This document shows positions 9,559-18,560 of a stretch of DNA of 64,000 bases, in pieces. The stretch's first letter is position 1; each line of letters opens with the position of its first letter. The position numbers and the translations under genes are program-made. Below the pieces are notes generated by a model that saw nothing but the letters and a program-made list of their open reading frames with translations, had not been told where the DNA came from and did no database searches. Source of the DNA: Clostridia bacterium (GTDB taxonomy: Bacteria; Bacillota; Clostridia; Christensenellales; CAG-138); NCBI GenBank assembly GCA_017547885.1, contig JAFYOP010000004.1, positions 195,287 through 259,286 of the forward strand, written 5' to 3'.

Positions 9559-10875
9559 TCAGACGTTTTCTGCCTGAGGTGCAAGCTTTGCTGCCTTTTC
9601 TGCCTGCTTGGTGGGAATATCCTTGCAGAGGGCGTTCAGCATGGGCACCAGTACCATTGTGACTATACCGGAAGTGAAACCGCCGTTGTAAACGTTGAAG
9701 CCAAGGTGGAAGGCAGCGGTATTGAATACCAGACAGGCATGGAGAGCGCCTGCAACAACGCCCCATATTATGCCCCAGCGGCCTGCAACGGGGGACATGC
9801 CGGTTGCGAAGCAGAGGCCGACAGCCCATGCGGTGGTGTTGAGGGGGGTGCCGGTTATAAGGGAAACCAGCATATAGCCCAGAATGATGGGGAATACATT
9901 GCGGGGGTGTGAGCCATTGCCTGCCCAGCAGGTTATGCACAGCAGTGAACCCATTATGGGGCCGGTAAACTTGGCATCCACCAATGCAAAGTATGCAAGG
10001 CACATTATGCCGACAAAGCCAAAGTTGATAAGCACATTGCCTGCACCGTCCAGCTTGGAGAAATCGCAGCTGTGTCCGGTGCGCATGATGAGCTTGCCAT
10101 AGCCCTTGAAGCCCTTGTTTATGATTGCGCCGGCTATTACAGAGGCAACGAATATTCCGCCAAGGAACAGCAGGAAGAAAGTGCGGTAGCCATCGCTGAC
10201 TATGCTGTTGGTGGTGAATTCAATGCCCATGGGAGCCAATACTGCATTTTTGTAAATACCGCCCCACAGTACGCCTATAAGGCCTGCGGAAAGGCCCACA
10301 TTGAACAGGTTATGGCCCTGATGCATGGTTGCAGCATGGGCAGATACAGCGGGGATGATAAAGCCGATAAGGCCGCCTGCGATTATGGCCAGGATTATGC
10401 CAAGGGGAAGGGGAATATCAATGAACCTGTTGAACAGCATTTCGCTGACCACCGGGGCCAGTGCGCCGCCAAAGAGGGCAAAGTGTGCATACTTGGTGAA
10501 GGATTCCTTTTTTACTTTTGAGTACACCCATGTGCCCAGTACGATGGGCCACATATTCAGGCAGTTCTTGCCGAAGAAGCTGAATCCTATGGTAAGGAAG
10601 AATGCGCCGACGGTGATACCGGAGGCCTCTACCTTTGCGCATTTCAGTATGGCAATAGCAATGAGACCCAGCATGCCGGCCTGGAACAGGCCGCCGTTAA
10701 GACCGCCTACAAGGAGTGCGTCCACGGTGAGGGACTGGGGGCTGGTAAGTATGGCCCAGAATCCGCGGAACATTTCGTTTACCGGACCTGTAAGGAATCC
10801 GGCTGCTATCAGCGCCAGAGAAAAGGCCAAAAAGAATATGTATAATACCTTGGAAGTGTTTTTGTTGGCTTCCAT
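9559..10875 (-). CDS. Polytopic membrane protein of unknown function (DUF1576-like)
   Basis: 438 aa with about 10-12 hydrophobic helices. Family assignment is from memory only. Starts 42 nt downstream of fdhD on the same strand. Confidence 0.6.
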   Translation of the reverse strand: MEANKNTSKVLYIFFLAFSLALIAAGFLTGPVNEMFRGFWAILTSPQSLTVDALLVGGLNGGLFQAGMLGLIAIAILKCAKVEASGITVGAFFLTIGFSFFGKNCLNMWPIVLGTWVYSKVKKESFTKYAHFALFGGALAPVVSEMLFNRFIDIPLPLGIILAIIAGGLIGFIIPAVSAHAATMHQGHNLFNVGLSAGLIGVLWGGIYKNAVLAPMGIEFTTNSIVSDGYRTFFLLFLGGIFVASVIAGAIINKGFKGYGKLIMRTGHSCDFSKLDGAGNVLINFGFVGIMCLAYFALVDAKFTGPIMGSLLCITCWAGNGSHPRNVFPIILGYMLVSLITGTPLNTTAWAVGLCFATGMSPVAGRWGIIWGVVAGALHACLVFNTAAFHLGFNVYNGGFTSGIVTMVLVPMLNALCKDIPTKQAEKAAKLAPQAENV

Positions 10876-10917
10876 ATATCAAACCTCCTGAATGTATTCG
10901 GTTTTTGATTGTGCTGT

Positions 10918-11652
10918 TTAGGAAATGCTGCCCGTGGGACAGCCCTTGAGCCTGTGAGGTGCGCTGTAGATATTAAAGCGATTTTCTCTGGAAAAGCCCA
11001 GAAGTGTTATGCCTGCTTTTCTTGCCACATCCACCGCTGCGATGGTGGGGGTGGAGCGGGAAACTATCATTGGGATGCCTATAGCAACGGCTTTTTGTAT
11101 CATATCCCTTGGGATACGGCCGCTGGTGATGATGTATTTATCGTGGATGGATATGCCGTTCATGAGGGCCTTGCCGGTGACCTTGTCTATGGTATTGTGA
11201 CGGCTTACGTCTATGCAGGCAAGGTGTGTACCCGTATCGCTGCAAAGGGCGCTGCGGTGTATTCCGGCGGTAGCCTTCTGCAGGGTGGATTCGTCATAAA
11301 ATCTTTCCTGATTGCTGAGAAGAGCCTCCGGGTCAAACACTATCCTATCCGACAGGGGGATATCCTCTGTCACTATGCGGTTGGCACATGCGGTATTAAG
11401 CCTTACGGTTGCAATTCCTGTTTCTTCGTCCACGTCCAGGGTCTCTATATCCGCGAGACGGCGGATATACCGCTGGGTATAAAGATGACCCAGCACCAGC
11501 TCGGGAAGCTCGCTTGGGGAGCAATACAGCGTCTTGTACGCCACATCCACAATATTGAGATGCAAAGTCAGCTCATGGACCATAAGGTCCCTGAGTTCAA
11601 CGTATTCTCCGTTGATGTAGCGGACTATATCGCGCTTGTCTGCAAGGAGCAT
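10918..11652 (-). CDS. fdhD: Formate dehydrogenase accessory sulfurtransferase FdhD
   Basis: DVSRHNTIDKVTG and SGRIPRDMIQKAVAIGIPMIVSRSTPT are FdhD hallmarks. Confidence 0.9.
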   Translation of the reverse strand: MLLADKRDIVRYINGEYVELRDLMVHELTLHLNIVDVAYKTLYCSPSELPELVLGHLYTQRYIRRLADIETLDVDEETGIATVRLNTACANRIVTEDIPLSDRIVFDPEALLSNQERFYDESTLQKATAGIHRSALCSDTGTHLACIDVSRHNTIDKVTGKALMNGISIHDKYIITSGRIPRDMIQKAVAIGIPMIVSRSTPTIAAVDVARKAGITLLGFSRENRFNIYSAPHRLKGCPTGSIS

Positions 11653-11672
11653 TGCTTAATCCCCCTAAAGTG

Positions 11673-12332
11673 TTATCTGATCATTCCGCTCAGATATGCA
11701 TCGTATTCGCTGCGGGTGTTGATGTTGGTAAACATGCGAAAATCCCGGTCGAAACTCTTTGCGGTTTCCTCTGAAATTATCAGAGGATCTGCTGCGCTTA
11801 TGAAGCGGAACAGAGAGCTGCTGCCTTCCTTCAGTCTTTGCTCGGCATCCGGCAAAAGCTCCCGGGAATAAAACCCGTTGAAGGGCTCAAACCGGTCGTT
11901 TCTGCGGCAAACGCACACCTTTGCCTGGGTTTCTGCTATGCGCTGCTTTATATGGCGGATGTAGGGCAGGCTGATTATGGGCATATCGCAGGCGATAAGG
12001 TAAACGTATTTGCTGTGACCGTTGGAAAGGGCAGCATGTATTCCCGCAAGGGGGCCCATGTTCTCAAATTCATCCGAGCACACCCGAACGTCCATTCCCT
12101 CGTATAGCTCAGGCTTGGCGGTCACTATAAGTATATCTGAGAATTCCTTTTTTAGGGTATCCGATACCGTTTCAAGTATACGCCTGTTGCTGTCTGTTAA
12201 AAGCTGCTTATCAAACCCCATGCGGGAGGACTTGCCCCCGGCAAGTATTGCTGCCGTGGCGAAAAGCTCCCTGTATGTATCCTCCCGGGGCGAGGCCGCC
12301 CCGGGAGAAGTTTGGGTATTGATGAAGTTCAT
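11673..12332 (-). CDS. mobA: Molybdenum cofactor guanylyltransferase MobA
   Basis: AILAGGKSSRMGFDKQLL and GPLAGIHAAL motifs. The start abuts the fdhA stop. Confidence 0.85.
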   Translation of the reverse strand: MNFINTQTSPGAASPREDTYRELFATAAILAGGKSSRMGFDKQLLTDSNRRILETVSDTLKKEFSDILIVTAKPELYEGMDVRVCSDEFENMGPLAGIHAALSNGHSKYVYLIACDMPIISLPYIRHIKQRIAETQAKVCVCRRNDRFEPFNGFYSRELLPDAEQRLKEGSSSLFRFISAADPLIISEETAKSFDRDFRMFTNINTRSEYDAYLSGMIR

Positions 12333-15008
12333 TTATGCTTTCTCTATCCTTGCTGCGCAGACCTTCAGTTCGGGTATCTTTGCGGTGGTGTCGATAACGG
12401 TGTTGGTAAGCACGTTTGCGGGACCATCGGTAAAGTGGAAGGGCATGAACAGCACGCCTTCGGCTACCGTGTCGGTTACCTTTGCGTCTACTACCAGGCT
12501 GCCTCTGCGGGAGGTGACCCTTACCTTGTCGCCGCTGACCACGTCCAGCTTGGCGGCATCGGCGGGGTTGATATCGACGTAGGAGTGGCCGGAGATATTC
12601 ATGAGGCCCTGTACCCTGCCGGTCATGGTGCTGGTGTGATAGTGGTAAAGTATACGGCCGGTGGTGAAGATCATGGGATATTCAGCATCGGGAGCTTCGG
12701 CGGAAGGACGATAGGGAGCGGGCTTAAAGAGGGCGCGCTCGCCGCGGCTGAACTTGCCAACGTGCAGTATGGGAGTGCCGGGATGATCCTTGGTGGGGCA
12801 GGGCCACTGGATGCCGCCGTTTTCAAGGCGTTCATAGCTCATGCCTGCATAGGAGGGCGCTACCTTGGCGATCTCATCGAATACCTCGGACGCAGTACGG
12901 AAGCTGTTGCCGTAGCCAAGGGCTGCCATGATATCGGAGAGGATCTCAAAGTCTGCATGGCTGTCGCCAACGGGCTTGATGGCCTTGCGGATACGCTGTA
13001 CGCGGCGCTCGGTATTGGTGAAGGTGCCGTCTTTCTCTGCGAAGGAGGAACCGGGAAGAACTACGTCTGCAAGGGCTGCGGTCTCGGTAAGGAATATATC
13101 CTGAACAACCAGCAGCTCGCACTTCTTCAGCGCCTTTTCAACGTGAGCCAGATCGGGATCCGACATCATGGGATTCTCACCCATGATATACAGGCCGCGA
13201 ACCTTGCCTTCCTCAACGGCGTTCATTATTTCGGTTACGGTGAGGCCGGGCTTGGAGGGCAGCTTTACGCCCCATGCCTTTTCAAACTTTTCCCGGACCT
13301 CATCCTTGAATACCTTCTGGTATGCGGGATAATCGGCGGGCAGGCAGCCCATATCGCAGGCGCCCTGAACGTTGTTCTGGCCGCGCAGGGGGTTTACGCC
13401 GCAGCCGTACTTGCCGATCTTGCCGCAGAGCAGAGCCAGGTTGGAGACGCTCATAACGCCCTCGGTACCGGTGATGTGCTGGGTAATGCCCATTGCGTAG
13501 TAGATGCCTGCCTTGTCTGCCTTGGCGTAGAGACGGGCGGCCTTCTTGAGGTCTTCGGCATCGATATTGCAGATCTCTGCAACCACCTCGGGGGTGTAAT
13601 CCTTAACCATTTCAACGAGCTCCGCATAGCCCTCGGTGCGCTCGTCAATGTATTTCTGATCCTGCAGACCCTCGCTGATGATGACGTTCATCAAGCCGTT
13701 GAGGAGGGCTACATTGGTGCCGGGCTTGATCTGGAGGAATACGTCCGCATCGCGGCAGAGGGGGATGCGGCGGGGTTCAACTACGATTATCTTGCCGCCC
13801 TTCTTGTGTGACTGACGGATAAGGGAACCTATAACGGGGTGATTTTCGGTGGTGTTGGAACCGATGACGAATACTACATCCTGATCTGCGGCTTCTGCGA
13901 TGGCGTTGGTCATGGCGCCGGAGCCCAAAGTTGTTGCCAAACCGGCAACTGTGGGGGAATGTCAGAGCCGTGCGCAGTGATCGACGTTATTGGTGCCGAT
14001 GGCTGCGCGCATCATCTTCTGGAATACGTAGTTATCTTCGTTGGAGCAGCGGGCGCTGGAAAGGCCTGCCAGGGCATCGGGGCCGCTTTCGGCCTTGATG
14101 GCCTTGATCTTGTCGGCGATATAGGTGATTGCCTCGCTCCATTCTGCCTCAACCAGTTCGCCGTCCTTGCGGATAAGGGGCTTGGTAAGGCGATCCTTAT
14201 GGTTGATGAAGTTGTAGCCAAACTTGCCCTTTACGCACATGAGACCCTTGTTTGCGGGGCCGTACAGGGGCTGAGCGCCTACTACCTTGTCGTCCTTAAC
14301 GATAAGGTCAAGTTGGCAGCCAACGCCGCAGTATGTGCAGGTGGTATGGACTTTTTTGGTTTCGAAGGAACGGAAGCGTTCCTTGGACTTGGGCAGCAGC
14401 GCGCCAACGGGGCAAACAGATACGCAGTTGCCGCAGGATACGCAGTTGCTGGACTTGAGCAGATTCTGGAAGGGAGTGGATACCCTTGCCTTGAAGCCGC
14501 GGTTTACTACGCCTATTACAGCCTCGCCGTGGAGGTTCTGGCAAACCTGAACGCAGCGCTGGCAGAGTATGCACTGCTGAGGATTATAGGTGAAGAACTC
14601 GTTGGAATCGTCGATGGGATAGTTGTTCTTTACGCCGGCAAAGCTGGTCTTTTCCACGCCGTATTCATAGCAGAGATTCTGCAGCTGGCATTCGCCGTTC
14701 TTGGCGCAGCTGAAGCAGTCTGCGTTGTGGGTGGAAAGGATAAGATCCAGTACGCTCCTTCTGGCGGCAATGACCTTTTCGGACTTGGTAAATATCACAT
14801 TGCCCTCTGCCACAGGGGTGGAGCAGGCGGTAAAGAGCTTTGGCATGCCCTCTATTTCCACCAGACACATACGGCAGGATGCCTCGGGAGTAAGGTCCTT
14901 AAGGTAACACAGGGTAGGTATTTCTACCCCAACGCTTTCTGCTGCCTGCAGAATCGTGGTGCCTTCAGGTACCTGCAGCTTGATTCCGTCAATGGTTACG
15001 TTCAGCAT
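12333..15008 (-). CDS. fdhA: Formate dehydrogenase catalytic subunit (NuoG-like N-terminus plus bis-PGD Mo/W domain), selenocysteine-containing (891 codons, TGA at 13962-13964 read as Sec)
   Basis: ORFs 13962..15008 and 12333..13940 are in the same frame, separated only by TGA. Joined context is ...[29 protein letters not shown], the canonical Cys/Sec metal-ligand site. N-terminus has 2Fe-2S and 4Fe-4S cysteine motifs. Confidence 0.9.
13933..13949 (-). promoter_or_regulatory. SECIS-like hairpin downstream of the fdhA UGA
   Basis: Minus strand GUUGCC-GGUUU-GGCAAC (6-bp stem, G/U-rich loop) begins 12 nt after the UGA. A possible lower helix CCCA...UGGG flanks it. Confidence 0.6.
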
Positions 15009-15098
15009 AGTTTCCTCCTCACTGAATTTGTTTAAACATTGAATTTATGATGCATAATGGTGTGATCCACTATAAAAAATAGTGCAAAATTATAAACA

Positions 15099-15140
15099 AC
15101 AAAAAACCGGCATGAACGCCCCATGCGCCCATTGCGGTTT
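15099..15140 (-). promoter_or_regulatory. Terminator-like hairpin inside the fdhA 5' leader
   Basis: Minus strand AAACCG-(bulge)-GCATG-GGGCGTT-CATGC-CGGTTT followed by TTTTTTG, about 90 nt upstream of the fdhA ATG. Confidence 0.35.
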
Positions 15141-15490
15141 GATAAAGGTTTCTCTCTTTTATTTGGATGAAATCAAAGAAAAGAATATAAGGCCATCATT
15201 TCCGAAGGGGGAAATAAGCCAATAATAAAGAGAAAGCTGTATCCTGTGGAATAAACGATATAATCACGTGCTAACATGTTAATTATACCTGTACCAAAGC
15301 AGATTGTCAAATGATTGATAAAGTTTGGATGAGAGGAAAAAGCATTGTATTGACTGACTTTTTTGGCATGGCAAAATACTGCTGTTGCAAAATTCGCACA
15401 AAAATAGTATGATGTTAAAAACAAGACAATGGGCTTATGCCCATAAGTGCATACATCAACATTCCGATTCCTCTTTTCCTAAAGCTTTTC

Positions 15491-15662
15491 GCCATGGAAT
15501 GTGGAACGATAGGGTACAGCAGCAAACTGCTGTGCCTGCCGGTGCGCAAAGGAACTGTTGGGCATATATTGAACATAACGTCATTCCGTAATGGCAGGGC
15601 GTGTGTTTGTTCAATGTTTGCTTTGCGCCCTATTAGGGGCGCATTTATTATTTATGCATTTT
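15491..15662 (+). promoter_or_regulatory. Structured leader (candidate riboswitch, possibly Moco/W-co class) upstream of the MOSC-moaA operon
   Basis: Long-range helix GCCAT-GGAATG (15491-15501) with CATTCC-GTA-ATGGC (15582-15595) encloses internal hairpins. AGGGCG (15596-15601) can pair with CGCCCT (15626-15631), competing with the terminator GCGCCC-TATTAG-GGGCGC (15625-15642) plus a U-rich tail. Confidence 0.35.
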
Positions 15663-15699
15663 ACTGCATGATCATAGGCGACAGGAGGCGTGCCGAAAT

Positions 15700-16125
15700 A
15701 TGAAGATCAAGGAACTTTACATAGGGGGCAAAAAGGGCTGCCCGCCCCTTAGAGTAAGCTCGATGGAGCTTATAAAAGGAGCAGGCCCCAAAGGAGAAGC
15801 ACACGGCAAGCATCAGGCCGGGCTGTGGAGCGCAGAGGACAGAATGCGGCTCCAGCCTGTAAAGGAGCAGGCCCTCTGTGCAAAAAGGTTCTACGCAAAC
15901 ATAATAGCAGACAGCTTTGATATTCCGTTGAGCGGCGGAGATATCCTGTTTGCGGGAAACGCGGTGTTACAGGTTGCCCCTGAGGGAAAGCGCTGCTTTG
16001 GAGAGGAATGTGAGCTTTTCCGCAGCGGCATACCCTGCCCGCTGCACAGCTGCAGATACCTTACCGTAGAGACCGGCGGCGTTATAGCGGAAAACGACCC
16101 CATCACAAAGGAGGACAGGCCATGA
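15700..16125 (+). CDS. MOSC domain-containing protein
   Basis: 141 aa, similar by eye to the C-terminal MOSC half of the 17556..18488 product (GAVLQV/ICRVTQ..GK.C pattern). Overlaps the moaA start. Confidence 0.7.
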   Translation: MKIKELYIGGKKGCPPLRVSSMELIKGAGPKGEAHGKHQAGLWSAEDRMRLQPVKEQALCAKRFYANIIADSFDIPLSGGDILFAGNAVLQVAPEGKRCFGEECELFRSGIPCPLHSCRYLTVETGGVIAENDPITKEDRP

Positions 16126-17072
16126 AGGACAGCTTCGGCAGAGAGATAAAATACCTTCGCCTGTCCATAACGGAGCTTTGCAATCTCAGATGCAGATACT
16201 GCATGCCGGAGGACGGGGTATGCAAAAAGAACCACGCAGACATGCTCACCGCCGAGGAAATGATAATGGCGGTGAAGGCGGCAGCGTCCCTTGGCATAAC
16301 GAAAATACGCATAACCGGCGGAGAACCACTGGTTAAGAGAGATGTGATAAGCCTTTGCCGCAGCATAGCAAATGTTGACGGTATTGAAGAAGTGTGCATC
16401 ACCACCAACGCCACATTGCTGAAGGATATGGCCATACCCCTTCGTGAAGCGGGGGTGAGCCATGTAAACCTCAGCATGGATACGCTGGACGAGGAAAAAT
16501 ACCGCTATATCACGCGGCGGGGCGAGCTTAAGGATGCCCTGGAGGGAATGGAAGCGGCCCTTAGTGCCGGCTTTGATAAGGTTAAGCTCAATGCGGTGCT
16601 GATAGGCGGCTTTAACGACGACGAGATACCCGCAATGGCAGAACTGAGCCGCAAGTATCCCATGGATGTGCGCTTTATAGAGCTTATGCCAATGCATGAC
16701 GGCGGCGAATTTGGACAAGCAGCGTACCTTCCCTGTTCAAAGGTGCTGGAATACCTGCCAGAGGCGCAAAAGCTTCAGCAGGAGGGCGTGGCGGCAATGT
16801 ATCGTCTGCCCGGCGCTTTGGGCCGGATAGGCCTTATAAGCCCGGTAAGTGCCCATTTCTGCGGCACATGCGACAGGCTCCGCCTTACCGCGGACGGCAA
16901 GCTTAAGCCCTGCCTCCATTCCCCTGTGGAATACCCCATAAAGGGAATGACTCAGAAGCAGATGGCGGAGGAGATGAAGCGGGCGATACTTTCAAAGCCT
17001 GCCTGCCACGATGAGCTTTCCGCCACGCAGCGCAGCAACGCCGGGCGGAGCATGAACCGCATAGGAGGATAA
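16122..17072 (+). CDS. moaA: GTP 3',8-cyclase MoaA (radical SAM)
   Basis: CNLRCRYCMP radical-SAM motif and a C-terminal CGTCDRLRLTADGKLKPCL second cluster. Confidence 0.95.
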   Translation: MKDSFGREIKYLRLSITELCNLRCRYCMPEDGVCKKNHADMLTAEEMIMAVKAAASLGITKIRITGGEPLVKRDVISLCRSIANVDGIEEVCITTNATLLKDMAIPLREAGVSHVNLSMDTLDEEKYRYITRRGELKDALEGMEAALSAGFDKVKLNAVLIGGFNDDEIPAMAELSRKYPMDVRFIELMPMHDGGEFGQAAYLPCSKVLEYLPEAQKLQQEGVAAMYRLPGALGRIGLISPVSAHFCGTCDRLRLTADGKLKPCLHSPVEYPIKGMTQKQMAEEMKRAILSKPACHDELSATQRSNAGRSMNRIGG

Positions 17073-17074
17073 CA

Positions 17075-17554
17075 ATGGGAGATTTTACCCACTTTGACAA
17101 TAAAGGCGGCGCAAAAATGGTGGACGTGAGCGAAAAGGACATTACCTGCCGCCGCGCCGTAGCCGCCGCAAGAGTACTGGTAAACCATAATACATTTCAA
17201 CTCATAAAGACCGGGGGAATGAAGAAGGGGGATGTGCTTCAGGTAGCACGTATTGCAGGGATTATGGGCGCAAAGCACACTCCCCATCTCATCCCCATGT
17301 GCCATCCTGTGATAATCGACGGGATAGAGATGGACCTTTGGCTGGATGATGAGCGCAGCAGTGTTGAGATACGGGCCGCGGTAAACTGCGGAGGCCGCAC
17401 AGGGGTTGAAATGGAAGCCCTTACCGCCGTATCCACCGCCGCTCTTACGGTATACGATATGTGCAAGGCTGTGCAGAAGGATATGGTGATAACCGACATA
17501 CGCCTGATGAGCAAAACAGGCGGCACCCACGGCGACTATGAAAGAGAGGAATAA
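17075..17554 (+). CDS. moaC: Cyclic pyranopterin monophosphate synthase MoaC
   Basis: LIPMCHP and ALTAVSTAALTVYDMCKA motifs. Confidence 0.95.
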   Translation: MGDFTHFDNKGGAKMVDVSEKDITCRRAVAAARVLVNHNTFQLIKTGGMKKGDVLQVARIAGIMGAKHTPHLIPMCHPVIIDGIEMDLWLDDERSSVEIRAAVNCGGRTGVEMEALTAVSTAALTVYDMCKAVQKDMVITDIRLMSKTGGTHGDYEREE

Positions 17555-17555
17555 C

Positions 17556-18488
17556 ATGCAGTATACAGCAGCTGTTTTGACCATAAGCGACAAGGGCTCA
17601 AGGGGGGAGCGTGTTGACACCAGCGGCCCCGCTCTTTGCAAGATACTTACCGAACAGGGATACCACGTTACATACACCGCAATACTGCCCGACGATATGG
17701 AAACCATCAAGGCAGAGCTTATAGACTGCTGCGACAGGCGGCAGACCGCATTGGTGCTTACCACCGGCGGAACAGGCTTTGCGCCCCGGGATGTTACCCC
17801 CGAGGCCACACTGGCAGTCATAGAGCGTGAGACCAGAGGGATACCCGAGGCCATGCGTGCCGCATCCATGGCAATAACCAACCGGGGCTGCCTTTCCCGC
17901 TCTGCCGCGGGCATACGGGGCAACAGCCTCATTGTAAACCTTCCCGGCAGCGAAAAGGCAGCAAGGGAAAATCTGCTTTCTGTAATAGTCCCCATCCGTC
18001 ACGGCCTGGACGTGCTCCGGGCGGAAATGCCCACAGATTGCGGCGTGCAGACTGCGGTGATAAAAGCCGTGTGCATCAGCGAGCGCAAGGGCACCCAGAA
18101 GCATCCTGTGGATTCCATTGAGCTTAAGCCCAATTTCGGCATAGTGAATGATTCCCATGCGGGCGAGTGGCATCGTCAGGTAAGCGTATTGGGCGCAGAG
18201 AGCGTTGCAAAGCTGCAGGAAAAGATTTCCTTTAAGCTGGAGCCCGGCGCTTTTGCCGAGAACATACTCTGCGAGGGCATATGTCTTTTCCGTCTGCCTG
18301 TGGGCACTGTCATGCGCATAGGCACAGCCATCTGCCGGGTGACCCAGATAGGCAAGGCCTGCCATGCGGACTGTGCAATACGCCAGGCTGCAGGCGACTG
18401 CGTAATGCCCAGAGAGGGTATATTTGTGGAGGTGCTTGAGGGAGGCACCGCAAAGGCGGGCGACACCATAGAGACCATACCTCAATAA
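17556..18488 (+). CDS. MoaB/MogA (molybdopterin adenylyltransferase-type) domain fused to a MOSC domain
   Basis: N-terminal VLTISDKGSRGER...TTGGTGFAPRD...LPGS is MogA/MoaB. The C-terminal ~150 aa is MOSC-like. ATG at 17556 follows AGAGAGGA. Confidence 0.85.
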   Translation: MQYTAAVLTISDKGSRGERVDTSGPALCKILTEQGYHVTYTAILPDDMETIKAELIDCCDRRQTALVLTTGGTGFAPRDVTPEATLAVIERETRGIPEAMRAASMAITNRGCLSRSAAGIRGNSLIVNLPGSEKAARENLLSVIVPIRHGLDVLRAEMPTDCGVQTAVIKAVCISERKGTQKHPVDSIELKPNFGIVNDSHAGEWHRQVSVLGAESVAKLQEKISFKLEPGAFAENILCEGICLFRLPVGTVMRIGTAICRVTQIGKACHADCAIRQAAGDCVMPREGIFVEVLEGGTAKAGDTIETIPQ

Positions 18489-18560
18489 ATTTATTTGGCA
18501 GACAATACGTCCTTATGGACTGTTGCTGATAAATTTAGAAAAAACAGGAGGAATTTGAGA

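Noticed and set aside
12333-15008. fdhA as a pseudogene disrupted by a premature stop.
   Set aside because: The single interruption is a TGA at the known Cys/Sec ligand position, both halves are in frame and intact, and a SECIS-like hairpin follows. I read it as selenocysteine recoding.
15173-15424. An 83-aa hydrophobic ORF (minus strand) in the AT-rich fdhA/moaA divergent region.
   Set aside because: It has no Shine-Dalgarno sequence. Its composition simply reflects AT-rich DNA (Phe/Ile/Asn/Tyr-rich). It overlaps the likely promoter region. I cannot support it as a gene.
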